DNA of 64,000 nucleotides from Phoronis australis (Eukaryota; Animalia; Phoronida), in the NCBI GenBank assembly GCA_002633005.1, contig NMRA01000756.1, positions 42,638-106,637 of the forward strand, read 5' to 3'. The notes below the pieces were generated by a model that did no database searches, had not been told where the DNA came from, and worked only from the letters and a program-made list of their open reading frames with translations. Each line of letters opens with the position of its first letter. Within the stretch, counting starts at the first letter, position 1. Positions 39,684 through 52,728 of the stretch are shown piece by piece. The position numbers and the translations under genes were made by a program.

Positions 39684-42600
39684 TAGCTCTAGTTGTAGCG
39701 ACACCGAGTATTTGGGTACACTGGAACCGTTACGTCTCAATCGCGTTAAAACTGATCGCGACATCATATGGGTTGAGCCAGAGGTGGACGGACAGCTCTT
39801 ATCCATGGAACTTGACACCGGCGCTGGTGTGTCCGTGATTTCTCGCAGTGATTACAACCGGCATTTCACGATAGAGTTGGGAGCGTGTGACTTGCGTTTC
39901 AAAACGTACACCTGCGAGAAAGTACGTCCGTTAGGAGTTATGAAAGTTCATGTACTTTACAACGATCAGATGGCTTAATTAGACTTGTACGTGGTCGAAA
40001 GTGGTGGACCACCGCTGCTTGGTCGAGAGTGGCTTCGTGCGCTTCACGTGGACTGGACTGGCATCAAGTCACTTCGCGCAAATTTATCAGCCACACCTGT
40101 ATCTGCTATATCGAAAGCGAAGTCCCTATGCACGGAATGCAGCGACGTGTTTCGAGACGAAATTGGAAATTTGAAAAACATTGAGGCACGTGTCAACCTC
40201 AGAGAAAACGCGACACCGAAATTTTGCAAAGCACGACCGGTAGCGTACGCGCTGAAACCTCGTGTTGAGGCTGAACTAGACCGATTGGTAGGCACGGGTA
40301 TCTTGAGCAAGGTGGACCACAGTGATTGGGCGACGCCCTTAATCCCGATTGTCAAAAAGGACGGGAGCATTCGTATCTGTGGAGATTTTAAGGTTACGCT
40401 CAATCAGGTCTTAGAAAATGAGAAATACCCTCTACCTCGAATTGACGATATTTTTGCCACACTCGCTGGTGGTGAACATTTCACGAAAATTGACCTTAAG
40501 AACGCGTATCTTCAAATGAACGTCCGCGAGGAAGATCAGAAGTATCTCACAATTAACACTCACAAGGGTCTTTTCGCATCTGCGCCAGCAATCTGGCAAC
40601 GCGCTATGGAACAGGTGCTACAAGGACAGCCAAACACCCAAGTGTTACTGGATGACGTCATCATCACAGGCAAAAGTGATGAGGAACATCTTGTTCAATT
40701 TGAAAAAGTTTTGAAGCGTTTACGCGAGTACGGACTACGCGTAAATCTACAGAAATGTGAGATCTTCAAAAAGAAAATCGAATACTGCGGCCATGAGATC
40801 GATCGAGAGGGTCTGCACAAGACACGCGAGAAAATTGACGCCGTAATGAAAGCCCCTACTCCGGAGAATGCTGAATAATTGCGTTCGTTTTTAGGGCTAG
40901 TAAACTACTATCGAACGTTTTTGCCCATGGCCTCTTCCGTGTTGGCACCGCTGAATAAACTGCTTGAGAAGACCACACCGTGGAGCTGGACGAACGACTG
41001 CGATTGCGCTTTTCGAGAGGTTAAACATTTGATAACTTCTGAGCGAGTACTTGCACACTATGACCCTGAGTTACCACTAAGTTTGGCATGTGATGCAAGT
41101 CCGCATGGTGTAGGTTGTGTTCTCTCGCATGTCATGAAAGATGGATCGGTACGTCCGATAGTGTTCGCGTCACGCTCGCTTAATGCCGCTGAAAAGAACT
41201 ATTCGCAAACAGACAAGGAAGGGTTAAGTCTCGTTTGGGCTGTGAAAAAATGCCAATGTTATTTGTACGGTAGACACTTTAACCTGGTGACCGATCACCA
41301 ACCGCTACTGTCAATATTCGGTCCCAAAACGGGCATTTCCGCTACGACGGCAGCGCGTCTGCAGCGCTATGCATTGTTTTTGTCTGGTTACGACTATACG
41401 ATTGACTACAAGAACACTAAGCTGCACGGAAACGCTAACAGCTTGTCGAGACTACCGCTACGACATGAAACTACCGTGGAAACCGAAGATGTTCTCGATT
41501 CCTCCCATGTGTACACGATGAAGCAACTTGAAACGTTACCGATACGGTTCACGCAGATTCAGCAGGAAACTGTACGCGATCCAGTTTTGAAACGAGTATA
41601 CGACGCTGTCATGAGGGGATGGTCCGAAAACAGTGACTCGGAACTCGCACCATTCTATAGCCGTCGCAATGCTCTGACTGTTCATCAGGGATGTCTTATT
41701 TGTGGAATCCGAGTTATTGTTCCTCAGTGTTTTCGCGAACAGTTACTGGACGAGTTGCATGTTGGTCACTTGGGGGTAGTGAAAATGAAATCGCTCGCTC
41801 GTTCGTATGTCTGGTGGCCGGGCATTGATCACGCGGTTGAGACTTTAGCAAAATCATGCCATGGATGTCAGTCAACTGCTCGTATGCCGAGCGAAGCTCC
41901 ACTTCATCCGTGGGAATTTCCTGCCAAACCGTGGCAGAGACTCCACAAAGACTTCGCTGGGGAATTCATGGGTAGTATGTTTCTGATACTCGTTGACGCC
42001 CATTCAAAATGGCCCGAGGTTGTGCCCATGCAATCTACTACCGCGGAGAAGACAATCGATGTGTTACGCCAAATCTTTGCAAGGTTCGGTTTGCCGGAAC
42101 AAATTGTTAGCGATAACGGACCTCAGTTAAATGTTTCGCGGGAGTACGAGGATTTCCTAGCTCGCAATGGAATCCGTCTGATTCGATCTGCGCCATACCA
42201 CCCCAAGACAAATGGTCTGGCTGAGATATTCGTCAACACGTTTAAGTCGGCTATGAAAGCATCCAAGCGTGATAGTGGTTCGATGCTAAAGAAACTGTAC
42301 AATATTCTGTTAGCCTACCGGAATGCGCCCCAAGCAACAACGGGAGAAACACCCTCGAAACTGTTGTTGAGAAAACAGGCTCAAACACGACGCGACTTAG
42401 TGAAGCCGAATTTAAGTGTGACTGTTGAACGTGCTCAGAAACGCATGTGTAACTCTAAGCCAACTAAGGAACGCGACTTTACTGTCGGTGATCGGGTTGC
42501 TGTCCCTGCGTATCGCTCTGGGGAACGTTGGGTTCCTGGAGTAGTTAAAGAGCAGACAGGACCAGTTTCGTATAGAGTGGAGACTGCGCCTAATGTGCAT

Positions 42601-42826
42601 TGGCGGAGACATGCTGATCAAATGCGTTCTGCTGATTTTTCTGCGGATCCGCCTGTCGTGTCTCCACCTGATATATCTGTACCGTCTGTCCGTGTGCCAA
42701 GTGACAATGTGCCCGAAACGGAACCCGTAGTCTGACAACGTACCAATTAGATCTCCAGCACCGTCAGATCAACCTGTGAGACGTTCTACGCGGATTCGTA
42801 AGCAGCCACAGAGACTGGACTTGTAG
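39684..42826 (+). pseudogene. pol: Gypsy pol: protease, RT, RNase H, integrase; with stops and a deletion
   Basis: MELDTGAGVSVI (PR); RICGDFK, KIDLKNAYLQ, LLDDVII (RT, with the usual Y.RLPFG segment missing after HKGLF); LACDASPHGVG (RH); H..H...CHGC, DFAG, SDNG, NGLAE (IN). In-frame stops at 39976 and 40876. Confidence 0.95.
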
Positions 42827-43044
42827 AGACTGGTTGTGTAGTAATACGACTTGACACTTGATCTTGATTTAGACTTGGTTTATTGATACTTCGTTATTTG
42901 TTGCATGGACATTTTAGTTAAGGTGGAGGGGTGTTATGTATGTTGCCCGATAGATGTCACCGTAGGTAGCAGTTCCTGACAATACAGTCTAAGAAAGAAA
43001 CCACGTTGTTTATGTCTCCGTAAAATGTGGTAATAAACGTGACA

Positions 43045-45950
43045 GTCGATGAAATACTGCGGTGTCGCGACCCCCTTTTTTGACATCCGGGTGTATACCA
43101 GATCGGCAATGGGCATGCCTGGTTCCGAGACTGCTCTTGAAGAATTAATGTGTCGCGTCCTTGGCGATTTTCTTCAGGAGGGCATATTAATCAAACTTGC
43201 CAATGGCATCTATTGTGGCGGCGAGTCCCCATAGGAACTTGCATCTAACTGGAAACGAGTTCTCCATGCCTTACACGCGTGTGATCTCAAGTTGTCTGCC
43301 TCAAAAACCATTATTTGCCCTAAGTCGACGACCATACTTGGTTGGATATGGACACAGGAACGACTCTCAGCTAGCCCACATCGAATGGGTACCCTGGCCA
43401 TGCAGGAGCCCCCTGTCACTGTGAAGCAGATGAGATCCTTCATTGGTGCCTATAAAATGCTAGGCCGCGTCCTTCCTCATTGCTCCCAGCTTTTAGCTCC
43501 CCTAGATAGAGCAATCGCTGGTTTAGACTCCTGTGATAAGATGAATTGGTCCAATGAACTACATCAGCACTTCAGTGTTGCCAAAATAGCTGTCTCCCAT
43601 AGCAAGTCAATCACCTTACCTCCACCCGATGACCATCTTTGGGTAGTGACAGATGGTCCAGTCTCTAAGCATGGTGTTGGCGCTACCCTTTACTTGTCAC
43701 GGGGTAACAAAACTCTGCTCGCCGGTTTCTTCAGTGCCAACTTACGACAACACCAAGTTTCATGGTTAGCTTGTGAGATTGAGGCTCTCAGCATCGCAGC
43801 CGCCATCAAACATTTCAGTCCTTACATTGTACAGTCATTCCACAAAGCCTGCGTCTTGACTGATAGTATGCCCTGTGTTCAAGCTAACGACAAGCTTTCC
43901 TGAGGCGAGTTCTCTGCAAGTCCAAGAGTAACTTCATTTTTGTCCACAGTAAGCAGATTCAAGGTTTCCGTTAGACACCTCGCCGGTACTGCTAACATTC
44001 CGTCCGACTTTGCCAGTAGAAACGCCCCACCATGCTTCGAACCTAAGTGTCAGATTTGCAGCTTCATCGCCCTCACAGAAGACTCGGTTGATCGTCAGGT
44101 ATCTTTCCAAGATATTCTGAGTAATCTGAAGGGACTTCCTTTCACGAGCCGTTCGGCTTGGTTGAGTACTCAATCTGAATGCCCTGTTCACTTGAAGCAA
44201 GGTACAAGACCTTCCAAAAAACTTACGAATTTGAGAGACGTCAAGCGTTACTTGAAAGTCGTCACCATATCGCACGATGGTCTTTTGGTGGTTAAGAATA
44301 ACCAACCATTCCTTCCAAGCGCTGAGCTGATTGTAGTGCCACGTTCTGTACTTGACGGTTTGATCACTGCTCTTCACATCAAACTTAATCATCCTTCCGC
44401 GGACCAGTTGTGTATGGTGATGAAACGTCAATTTTATGCACTTGAACTGTCAGAAGCCGTCAGTTCCGTGACCAAGTCTTGTCATTCTTGCACAGCACTA
44501 CAAGGACTTCCCGCCCCATTGGTAACCCAGACGTCGGAGGACCCTCCAGAGGCAATCGGCCTGTCATTTGCTGCAGTGTATTATAAAACTTTCACGTCAA
44601 AACATCTTTAGTTAGTTCTAAGGGAGTGTGTAACTTCCTATGCTGCCAATTGCCTGTTACCCCACGAGAAGCGAGACACACTTCGCGATGGCCTGGCTAG
44701 ATTAGCTCTTAATCTACACCCTATCGGCGGACCTAACGCGGTCATACATGTACGTGTTGATCCCGCTCCTGGTTTTGTGTCTTTACAAGGGGACCAGCAT
44801 CTCAACCTCCTCGGTCTTTCCATTGAAGTTGGAAGAGTGAAGAACCCAAACAAGAACCCAGTTGCCGAAAAGGCTGTCGCTGAGTTAGAACAAGAACTTT
44901 TACGGCACGAACCTGGAGGAGGTCCTGTCAGTGATCTTGGTCTCAGCATCGCTAATGCTCGTCTTAACTCTCGCATCCGTAGTCAGGCTCTCTCATCTCG
45001 TGAATTGTGGACCCAACGCTGTCAGTTCACCCACGACCAAATTCCTGTAGTTGACAGGAATTATATATTGGAGAAACACCGTCAGCGAGAGGTTAACCAT
45101 GGCTATAGTGAAAGGTGAAGAACAAAGATTTTGTCAATGCCCATACTGCGCCAATCCATCTCGGTGATCTTGTTTATTGTATGTCGATGGTACCAAGTCT
45201 CGCATTCGAGATCGTTACCTGGTTACCAGCATTATTAGCGAGTGGTGCTTTATTCGTAAATTTATTGGTTCCCAACTAAAAGCGACATCCTACAAGGTTA
45301 AACTTTCCGACTGTTACCGCGTGCCGTCGCAGACATCCGTTGTTCTTCCTCTAGGTAAGACTTACGTTGACTACATGGATATCGTGGAACCACCAGACTC
45401 CCCCTGAGTCTCCTATGGAGTTAGTACGCCCACTTCATGACGGTAGATTAGATGACGACAAACACCATGAGTTACAGGCAGAAAAAATTCACCCTCAACC
45501 CACAAACCTGGAGATTGCCCAGTCTGCTGTCGATGATTCCCACTCCACTCCACTGGCATAACCGACCTGCGTCAGCACCAGACCAAAACGTGTTCGACGG
45601 CCACCTTCATACTTAAAGGACTATGATGTTGATCTTCCTTATTGTACTCTAAGAGTAACTTTTACTTGGCAGACTCTAAATTCTTAGAAAATCCAGACTC
45701 TTGTTTAATAGTTGTATCTTAAGTTTTGCACACGATTATTCCTATACAAGTGAATTTCTTTATATCCTTCCAGTCATTGAGTAAGAAGAAAAGGAAGAGG
45801 AATTATGCCAGTTATTAGTTTATTATTGTGTTGGCACATACGTTTGTGCGACCCCTGTCGAATCGTCTACTTCTTCCGCTTCTGTACCACGAGTTTGCGT
45901 TTAAATACAATTACATATTTCGCTGCATTTTGGTGTTTGTTTGTCTACTG
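43045..45950 (+). mobile_element. Second, different Gypsy-type element: 3' part of pol (RT C-term, RNase H, integrase), PPT and probable LTR
   Basis: [36 protein letters not shown], degenerate LANGIY at the xxDD position, LWVVTDG, CEIEALSIAAAIKHFSPYI, LHIKLNHP...CHSC, VRVDPAPGF and NPNKNPVAEKAVAELE. A purine tract aagaagaaaaggaagagg lies at ~45783. Confidence 0.88.
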
Positions 45951-46737
45951 GCGCAGTTTTAAAGGTAACGATTTATTTCTTGAAAAGGGGTAACGAAGAT
46001 GAAAACAACGGAAGCTGTGCAGTGAACTTGTAACATCTCCTGGAAATAGTTAAAAAAACAACAATACTTGATATTTAATTTCCTAGGAGTCGGCGTCTGA
46101 GTTGCAGACGATATATAGTCGGGACACCTATCGTCGTCAGGCTCCAATGGTCGTCTGCCATTTTCTTTCGCGTGCAGCGCAGCCACGCGGGACTTAGCGT
46201 TCCAATCTAGAGTGCTCGTCTGCACGTTAGGCATAGGCGGATTTATGGGGGGGGGCCCAGGGGGCCCNAATTCGGAACACGGCGCATTCGTAACAGAACT
46301 ATGGCTAAGTCTAGGCTCTCCGGCGATATCCCAGGCGACCGGCAGTGGCGCTGCACACTACGACTCCGTCATTTTCGTCGTCTGCTCCACTGTGCAATAA
46401 AGAAAATTTACCTGAGTGACGATGAAAAAACAGAAGCTGCTGGTAAGATGTGAATTTTAATCGAAGCCTTGGTGAATCACTCAGAAATTCGCAATACTCT
46501 CTTTGTCAAACCTTATCTTAAGACGATTTCCAAAGCAATCCCGTCATTATTGCCAACACGAAAAACAGATTTGGTCTTTTGGGCATTTGAAGACTATTTT
46601 AAATACGACAAATTTGTTAAGAATTCATGGCACAAAATATAAAACGTGTAATAAGTATTACGAAAAGAAGTAGGTTTCGCGCGCAAACGAAGTGGACCAT
46701 AAACAACTAGGTCTTTCAGTACAGGAATAGTATTTAA

Positions 46738-46803
46738 ATCGTGGTGGTGTAGTGGTAACGCACGCGATCTCTCACCGCCAACTCGTGGGTTCAAGTCTTT
46801 GGA
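46738..46803 (+). pseudogene. tRNA-Glu-like pseudogene or SINE head
   Basis: A-box-like TGGTGTAGTGG, CTCTCACCGCC as in the anticodon arm of eukaryotic tRNA-Glu(CTC), and B-box GGTTCAAGTC. The stems do not pair well. Confidence 0.5.
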
Positions 46804-49800
46804 ACGTTCAGTTTTTTATGTTTGACACGTTCTCCGTGTTTTTTTTATTTTTTTTTCCTTTTTTACTTGGATAATACTTCAGGAATCAAGGAAAATGCTT
46901 GATTTTTAGAGGTAAAAACAGAAAAATTTCCTGAGCGGGAGGGGGGCAAACCCCTCTCCCGACCTCCCCCCATTCGGTGCTATGCGCATCTACAGTAGTG
47001 GTTCAGTTTGCGCAAATGCTTACAGCCGGACAAAATCTTGTCCCCCCCCCTTGTGATATCCTAGATCCGCCACTGTTAGGTACTAACCTCTCGGGAGAAA
47101 CACGCATGGAAGAACTGAGACGAAAATCGGTGCATTTACCGACTGTTTTTGAGACCTCTTAAAAACTTGTAGATTTTACTAATGCACTTTTTTGTTCATT
47201 TTCAGAAGATTTTTTCGAAATTAAATTTTCTTCAGACGGAACAAAAACCAACCCAGATATTGTTTATGCAATGTATCCGTTTGTCCCAGGCACCAACCGA
47301 CACCTGTTAGGCCAAAGGAAAAACTCAGCAGACAAATGCAACAAGCTGGGTGCTTAACAGTTTCGGCTCACGCATTCGTCATCAAAATATTGTCCACTTG
47401 TTTTTTATTGCAAAACACAGTACTGAGCTCAACATTTATGTTGAAATTTTTGGTTCAGGCATTTTGTATTTATTTGAAGAAAATTAAAATACTTGAACTG
47501 ATAGAGAGTGGTCACCAGTAAAGTAAAACATTGACTTTATTTCACTATATTGCAATTGCTACATACAACACAGCATGACATAATGAAAAATAAAAGAAGA
47601 GATTGAGCAATAAAATGCAAATGCAACTTGGGTATTTATTTAGTCATTTATGCAGAAGTCTGTTGAAGGTGAGAAAAAATCAAGCAATATGATATAGGGT
47701 AATTTAGTAGAACAACTGTATCGAGGCTCAATGATCAACTTCCGCAGACCAAGTCTCAAAGGGTTACAGTTCTGTTTTGGCTGACAAGATGTTTTAACAT
47801 CTTCTTTTAAAAAAGAGAATGAAGAAAAACTGAAAAGAAAAATACAGACAGCATAGATAAGTGGTATTAAGAACAACAAGAACAAAAAGTCAAATAAAGA
47901 GGTCACAAATAGAAAATAAGTAAGGTCTATCTGGAATAAAACAATCACGATTTATTTTCCAGAACTGAAATTCTGAATCAATTTTAATAGATTTAAAATT
48001 TGATATCATACCAGTAAAATAGTGTGTGGTTGAACTAGAATTGTTGTAAACCACTTTCCACTATTTTCTTGGCCTTTTTCTGTGTGTTTTTCTGTTCTTT
48101 CAAAAGGCGGCAGCATATGACGACCATAGGAGTCATTATAAAATGGCTGCAGAAAAGCAATGCAAAGTTCAAACACCTTGGCATAAATAAAAAAAAACTT
48201 TTGAATCAACGAATACTATATATTTGTGAGAGTTAAATCAAATCCTATTCAGAGGATAACTTTGAAGTGGAATAATTGGGTGAGTACGACAACAAGCCGA
48301 TTTCATGCTTAGGAGGACGACCATTGGGTACCCGAGTATAGTATTCAGCAATTGAAAACTGAGAAATGAGTGTCTTATAATTAAAAGTTTTGTTCCAGAT
48401 TTTACGTTTAGGGCCTGGTTGCATGTTGAGTGTTAGTTATACTGCTGCAATTGCATTACTTTGAACTATTTTTGGAAAGTTTGGTGATTGAACCGGCTGA
48501 AGACGTCGTGTCGACATTGACCTACCTTTTGAACTTTCCATGTCAGGGGTCGATGTTGAAGTAGTGCGGGAGATGAACTTTATTACATGGCCGTATTTCC
48601 CTCGACAGATTCAACGCGCGTGGGATAAAGTAAAAAAAATTCAATGTTATTGTTTACCACTCTCTATCAGTTCAAGTATTTTAATTTTTTTCAATTAAAT
48701 TCAAAATGCCAAAAATTTCAGCTCTGCACTGTGTTCTGCAATAAAAAAGTGGAAAACATTTTGATGGCATTGCAATGCAATGCGTGGGTCGAAACTGTTA
48801 AGCACCCAGCGTGTTGCATTTGTCTGCGCCGTTTTTCCTTTGACATTATAGGTCTCGGCTTTTGCGTGGGACAAATAGATACATTGCATAAACCATAGAC
48901 TGTAGATAGGGCTTGTCAACTCTCGTCAGAGCGCGTTGAGCATGTTGCGGACCAAGGGATATAAGCACTGGTGATGAGAGAACGCTGCTGACGGAGAAAA
49001 CTTCCGGTTTTACGGAGCGGCCGTCCCGCGTTTGAAGATATGCTTAAGCAAGTAGTAGAACTGTTTATTTTTTGAAGTTTTTTAAGACTTTTACAAATAA
49101 AATGGGTTTATTGATCTCTGTCATGTCATTTAAAAAACATTCACAAGATAATCCAGTCATGTTATGAGTTATTAGCGCCAGAAACGTAGTCAGATGATTT
49201 CCCGTGTTTACGACAGACAGTCGCATCAGCTGATTTTTATTTCAAGTAGTATTAGCTGAGTTTGTTTAAATTGGGTACCGTACGAATCAACTCCTAAACA
49301 TAAGCACAAGTATGAACCGACAAAAATGATTTTGTAACAACATTTAAAGATTTGTTCCAGGGGAAAGGGACAAGGCTACTAGTAGCTGACATTGACATAT
49401 CATTTGCAAAACCTGAGTGTAAAAAACTTGATGTCACTATTACAATAGACCAGAGTACATTCTAACACAACTTCTAAACATAGTTATGATTATACAAAAT
49501 TGGTTAAATACACAACATTTGTCGTTGTTAACAATCTTTATTCCGTTCATTCTCGGAACAAAATTCGACACTCAACAGAACATAAGTTGGTAAAGCAATT
49601 GACCAAGAGACATGATTAAAAGACGCGCGATATTTCGAAACATACTCGTTTCATTCTCAAGTGGAAATAAAATGACGCAGTGATACCATCACCCCGGGAA
49701 ACGGCAGGCCTGAAATACGGCAAAGACTGACGAATGGAGGGGGGTAACTGGAAAGTCAGGCAAACAAGTGTAGCGTTCAGCGCGACCCTGTTTGCTGCTC

Positions 49801-50070
49801 ATTCAAAACAGGCTTATCGAATGCAATCAAAAGGGACTCCAGTACTTTCAATTGCAGCACATCGTGCTCTACATGGATATGTTTTCCACAATTTCTTGAT
49901 TGGTGATACTTATGCATGGGCAGAGCACCAGAGGGAGCTGGGGGGTATAGCCCCCACTGCACCGCCCATGCCAATGGGCGGCGCGCATAGGAGTCTGAGG
50001 GGCTATAGCCCCCACTTAGTTCAGTGCTGCACCGCCCATGTTATGATTATGAAGGTAGGCATGGAAAGAC

Positions 50071-51790
50071 TAGTCCACGAGAGCACCAACCATAAGCGGC
50101 AAGGTGGGGATCAACCGATTTTCACCAAATTTGGCACATATGTAGTCCTATGGGATCTATAAACAGCGGTAAAATATTTCCTCAAAATATTGCGTTTTTC
50201 TAAAGTTATAGGTTCAAACACATTTTACGGCTTTGCAGCCATGTTTTCACGGTATAAAAACTGTCCAGTTTTAACTGTTCATATTTTTCCTTGAATGAAA
50301 GCTAGTGATTTATTATTCACTTGGCATTGTTTAGTGGAGCCTATAGATTGTTACGCAGATGTCTTTTGAAACACAATTCCTATTTACCACCCTCATTTAG
50401 TAGTTTTACTACACTGCCCCCCGTTATGCCATTTTGAGGTTGTGTTCTGTACACTGCTGTACCAAATCTGCCCCCACTGTTATGAGAATGAAACTTAGCC
50501 AAAATGTTGACAAAACATGTTACTTTCATTGCATAAAATAAAAACTTTGTCAGCCAGTTTATTAGTTATACATTTTGGCACCTCAAATGTACTAAAATGA
50601 GAAATCTTCATATATCTGAGATCGATGCGTGAGCACCGTAAAATCCGATTGTCCTTCATGTTTTTCGATATTTTGCNNNNNNNNNNNNNNNNNNNNNNNN
50701 NNNNNNNNNNNNNNNNNNNNNNNNNNNNNNNNNNNNNNNNNNNNNNNNNNNNNNNNNNNNNNNNNNNNNNNNNNNNNNNNNNNNNNNNNNNNNNNNNNNN
50801 NNNNNNNNNNNNNNNNNNNNNNNNNNNNNNNNNNNNNNNNNNNNNNNNNNNNNNNNNNNNNNNNNNNNNNNNNNNNNNNNNNNNNNNNNNNNNNNNNNNN
50901 NNNNNNNNNNNNNNNNNNNNNNNNNNNNNNNNNNNNNNNNNNNNNNNNNNNNNNNNNNNNNNNNNNNNNNNNNNNNNNNNNNNNNNNNNNNNNNNNNNNN
51001 NNNNNNNNNNNNNNNNNNNNNNNNNNNNNNNNNNNNNNNNNNNNNNNNNNNNNNNNNNNNNNNNNNNNNNNNNNNNNNNNNNNNNNNNNNNNNNNNNNNN
51101 NNNNNNNNNNNNNNNNNNNNNNNNNNNNNNNNNNNNNNNNNNNNNNNNNNNNNNNNNNNNNNNNNNNNNNNNNNNNNNNNNNNNNNNNNNNNNNNNNNNN
51201 NNNNNNNNNNNNNNNNNNNNNNNNNNNNNNNNNNNNNNNNNNNNNNNNNNNNNNNNNNNNNNNNNNNNNNNNNNNNNNNNNNNNNNNNNNNNNNNNNNNN
51301 NNNNNNNNNNNNNNNNNNNNNNNNNNNNNNNNNNNNNNNNNNNNNNNNNNNNNNNNNNNNNNNNNNNNNNNNNNNNNNNNNNNNNNNNNNNNNNNNNNNN
51401 NNNNNNNNNNNNNNNNNNNNNNNNNNNNNNNNNNNNNNNNNNNNNNNNNNNNNNNNNNNNNNNNNNNNNNNNNNNNNNNNNNNNNNNNNNNNNNNNNNNN
51501 NNNNNNNNNNNNNNNNNNNNNNNNNNNNNNNNNNNNNNNNNNNNNNNNNNNNNNNNNNNNNNNNNNNNNNNNNNNNNNNNNNNNNNNNNGTTCCACACCA
51601 AGAAATTGCCTCATTTTGCCCCCAAGAACACTTCCCTTGTATCTCCTAAACCACCAAACTTTGTGGTGTCATACTTCACCCAATTTCTCTCATCCCTAAT
51701 GTGATTTATCAGGCTAAACATGGATCTGAATGGCTGACCCCCCACCTTGCCGCTTGTTGGCTGTACAGTGGTCGGTGGATCCGTGGACTG
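50071..51790. mobile_element. Non-autonomous DNA transposon spanning the N gap
   Basis: Imperfect TIRs: agtccacg...aagcggcaaggtgggg (50072-50109) versus ccccaccttgccgctt...cgtggact (51740-51789). Confidence 0.55.
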
Positions 51791-52562
51791 ATACTTAAGA
51801 CCTAATGTCCATTTCTCTCTCAGTGTCTGAAGGTGCTCTAGTTTGTAAATAACACAAATACAAAGAATAGCTGTAAAGTAATGTGAAACTAGAGTTTTAT
51901 CTGCAACGTGATTTTGTGAAAATGAATTCTTCTCCCAGGACACTTCTATGGCTTTTTGAACAAGGAACTGAGATAATTTTCAGTATCGCACTGGACGTGA
52001 ATTTCCTCTTGCCACAATAGAATCATTTCTAGAATTGAGTAGTGGAGAGATAACCTGCGAGGATTTAACTGAAGAAGTCAAAATTTGGAAGGATCAGTTA
52101 GCACTGTTATTTTCTATAGCGTTTTTTACATTGAAGTGTTGGACTCCAATATGTATCCAATGTTCGCAAGGAAGCTTGTAAAGTACAATTTTCATAAAAT
52201 AATTTTTTGTACTTGATACACAGTAAAGGGAACGCAATTTTAAGTGTTGTAATTTTGCCTGCAGAAGAAAAACATAATTGTATACTAACATGAAATAGTT
52301 AGTAAAACAGATAAACAAAGCCACTCGCATCTCGCAACACTGTCAAGACTTCTTGACTGGCCATGTGGTGGTGATCCAAGAAATAAATTACCTCCCTGAT
52401 ATATGTCTTTGCAAAAGCCCCCACTTATTTCAGTGCTGCCCCCCCCCCCCCTCCTCGACATGGGCAGCGCATCATAGGGAGCTGGAGGAGCTAAAGCCCC
52501 CCACTTATTTCGGTGCCGCGCCCCCATGAGTAGGACGACGGAAAGGTCAGTGAGTGCATTAC

Positions 52563-52728
52563 GGTGGTTGATGTCGTTTGAGGTGAATATGAATGCACTG
52601 GTAAACCCTCAATCAATTCTGTGATAGGCCATGTAGAGGCGGAAAGAACAGTGGTGGTTGGTGTCGTTTCACATTGATATGAATGCACTGGTAAACTTTC
52701 AGTCAATTCTGTGACGGGTCATGTAGAG
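52563..52728. repeat. Two-copy ~90-bp tandem repeat
   Basis: ggtggttg.tgtcgttt...tatgaatgcactggtaaac...tcaattctgtga...catgtagag occurs twice. Confidence 0.8.

Larger units (their letters stand above)
38589..43044 (+). mobile_element. Ty3/Gypsy LTR retrotransposon, structurally complete but defective
   Basis: 113-bp TG...CA LTRs at 38589-38701 and 42932-43044 (4 differences seen), PBS-like TGGCGAAGAG after the 5' LTR, PPT before the 3' LTR, and gag-PR-RT-RH-IN order. Confidence 0.97.

Noticed and set aside
40044-44976. Minus-strand ORFs (40044-40403, 42412-42738, 43934-44431, 44638-44976)
   Set aside because: They are antisense shadows of Gypsy pol coding sequence.
46738-46803. Functional tRNA-Glu gene
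   Set aside because: The acceptor and T stems do not pair properly. Kept only as a pseudogene or SINE head.
49734-50162. 142-aa ORF
   Set aside because: It is a composite of GC-rich repeat fragments and a transposon end.
50495-51704. 340-368 aa ORFs
   Set aside because: They consist almost entirely of X from the N gap.
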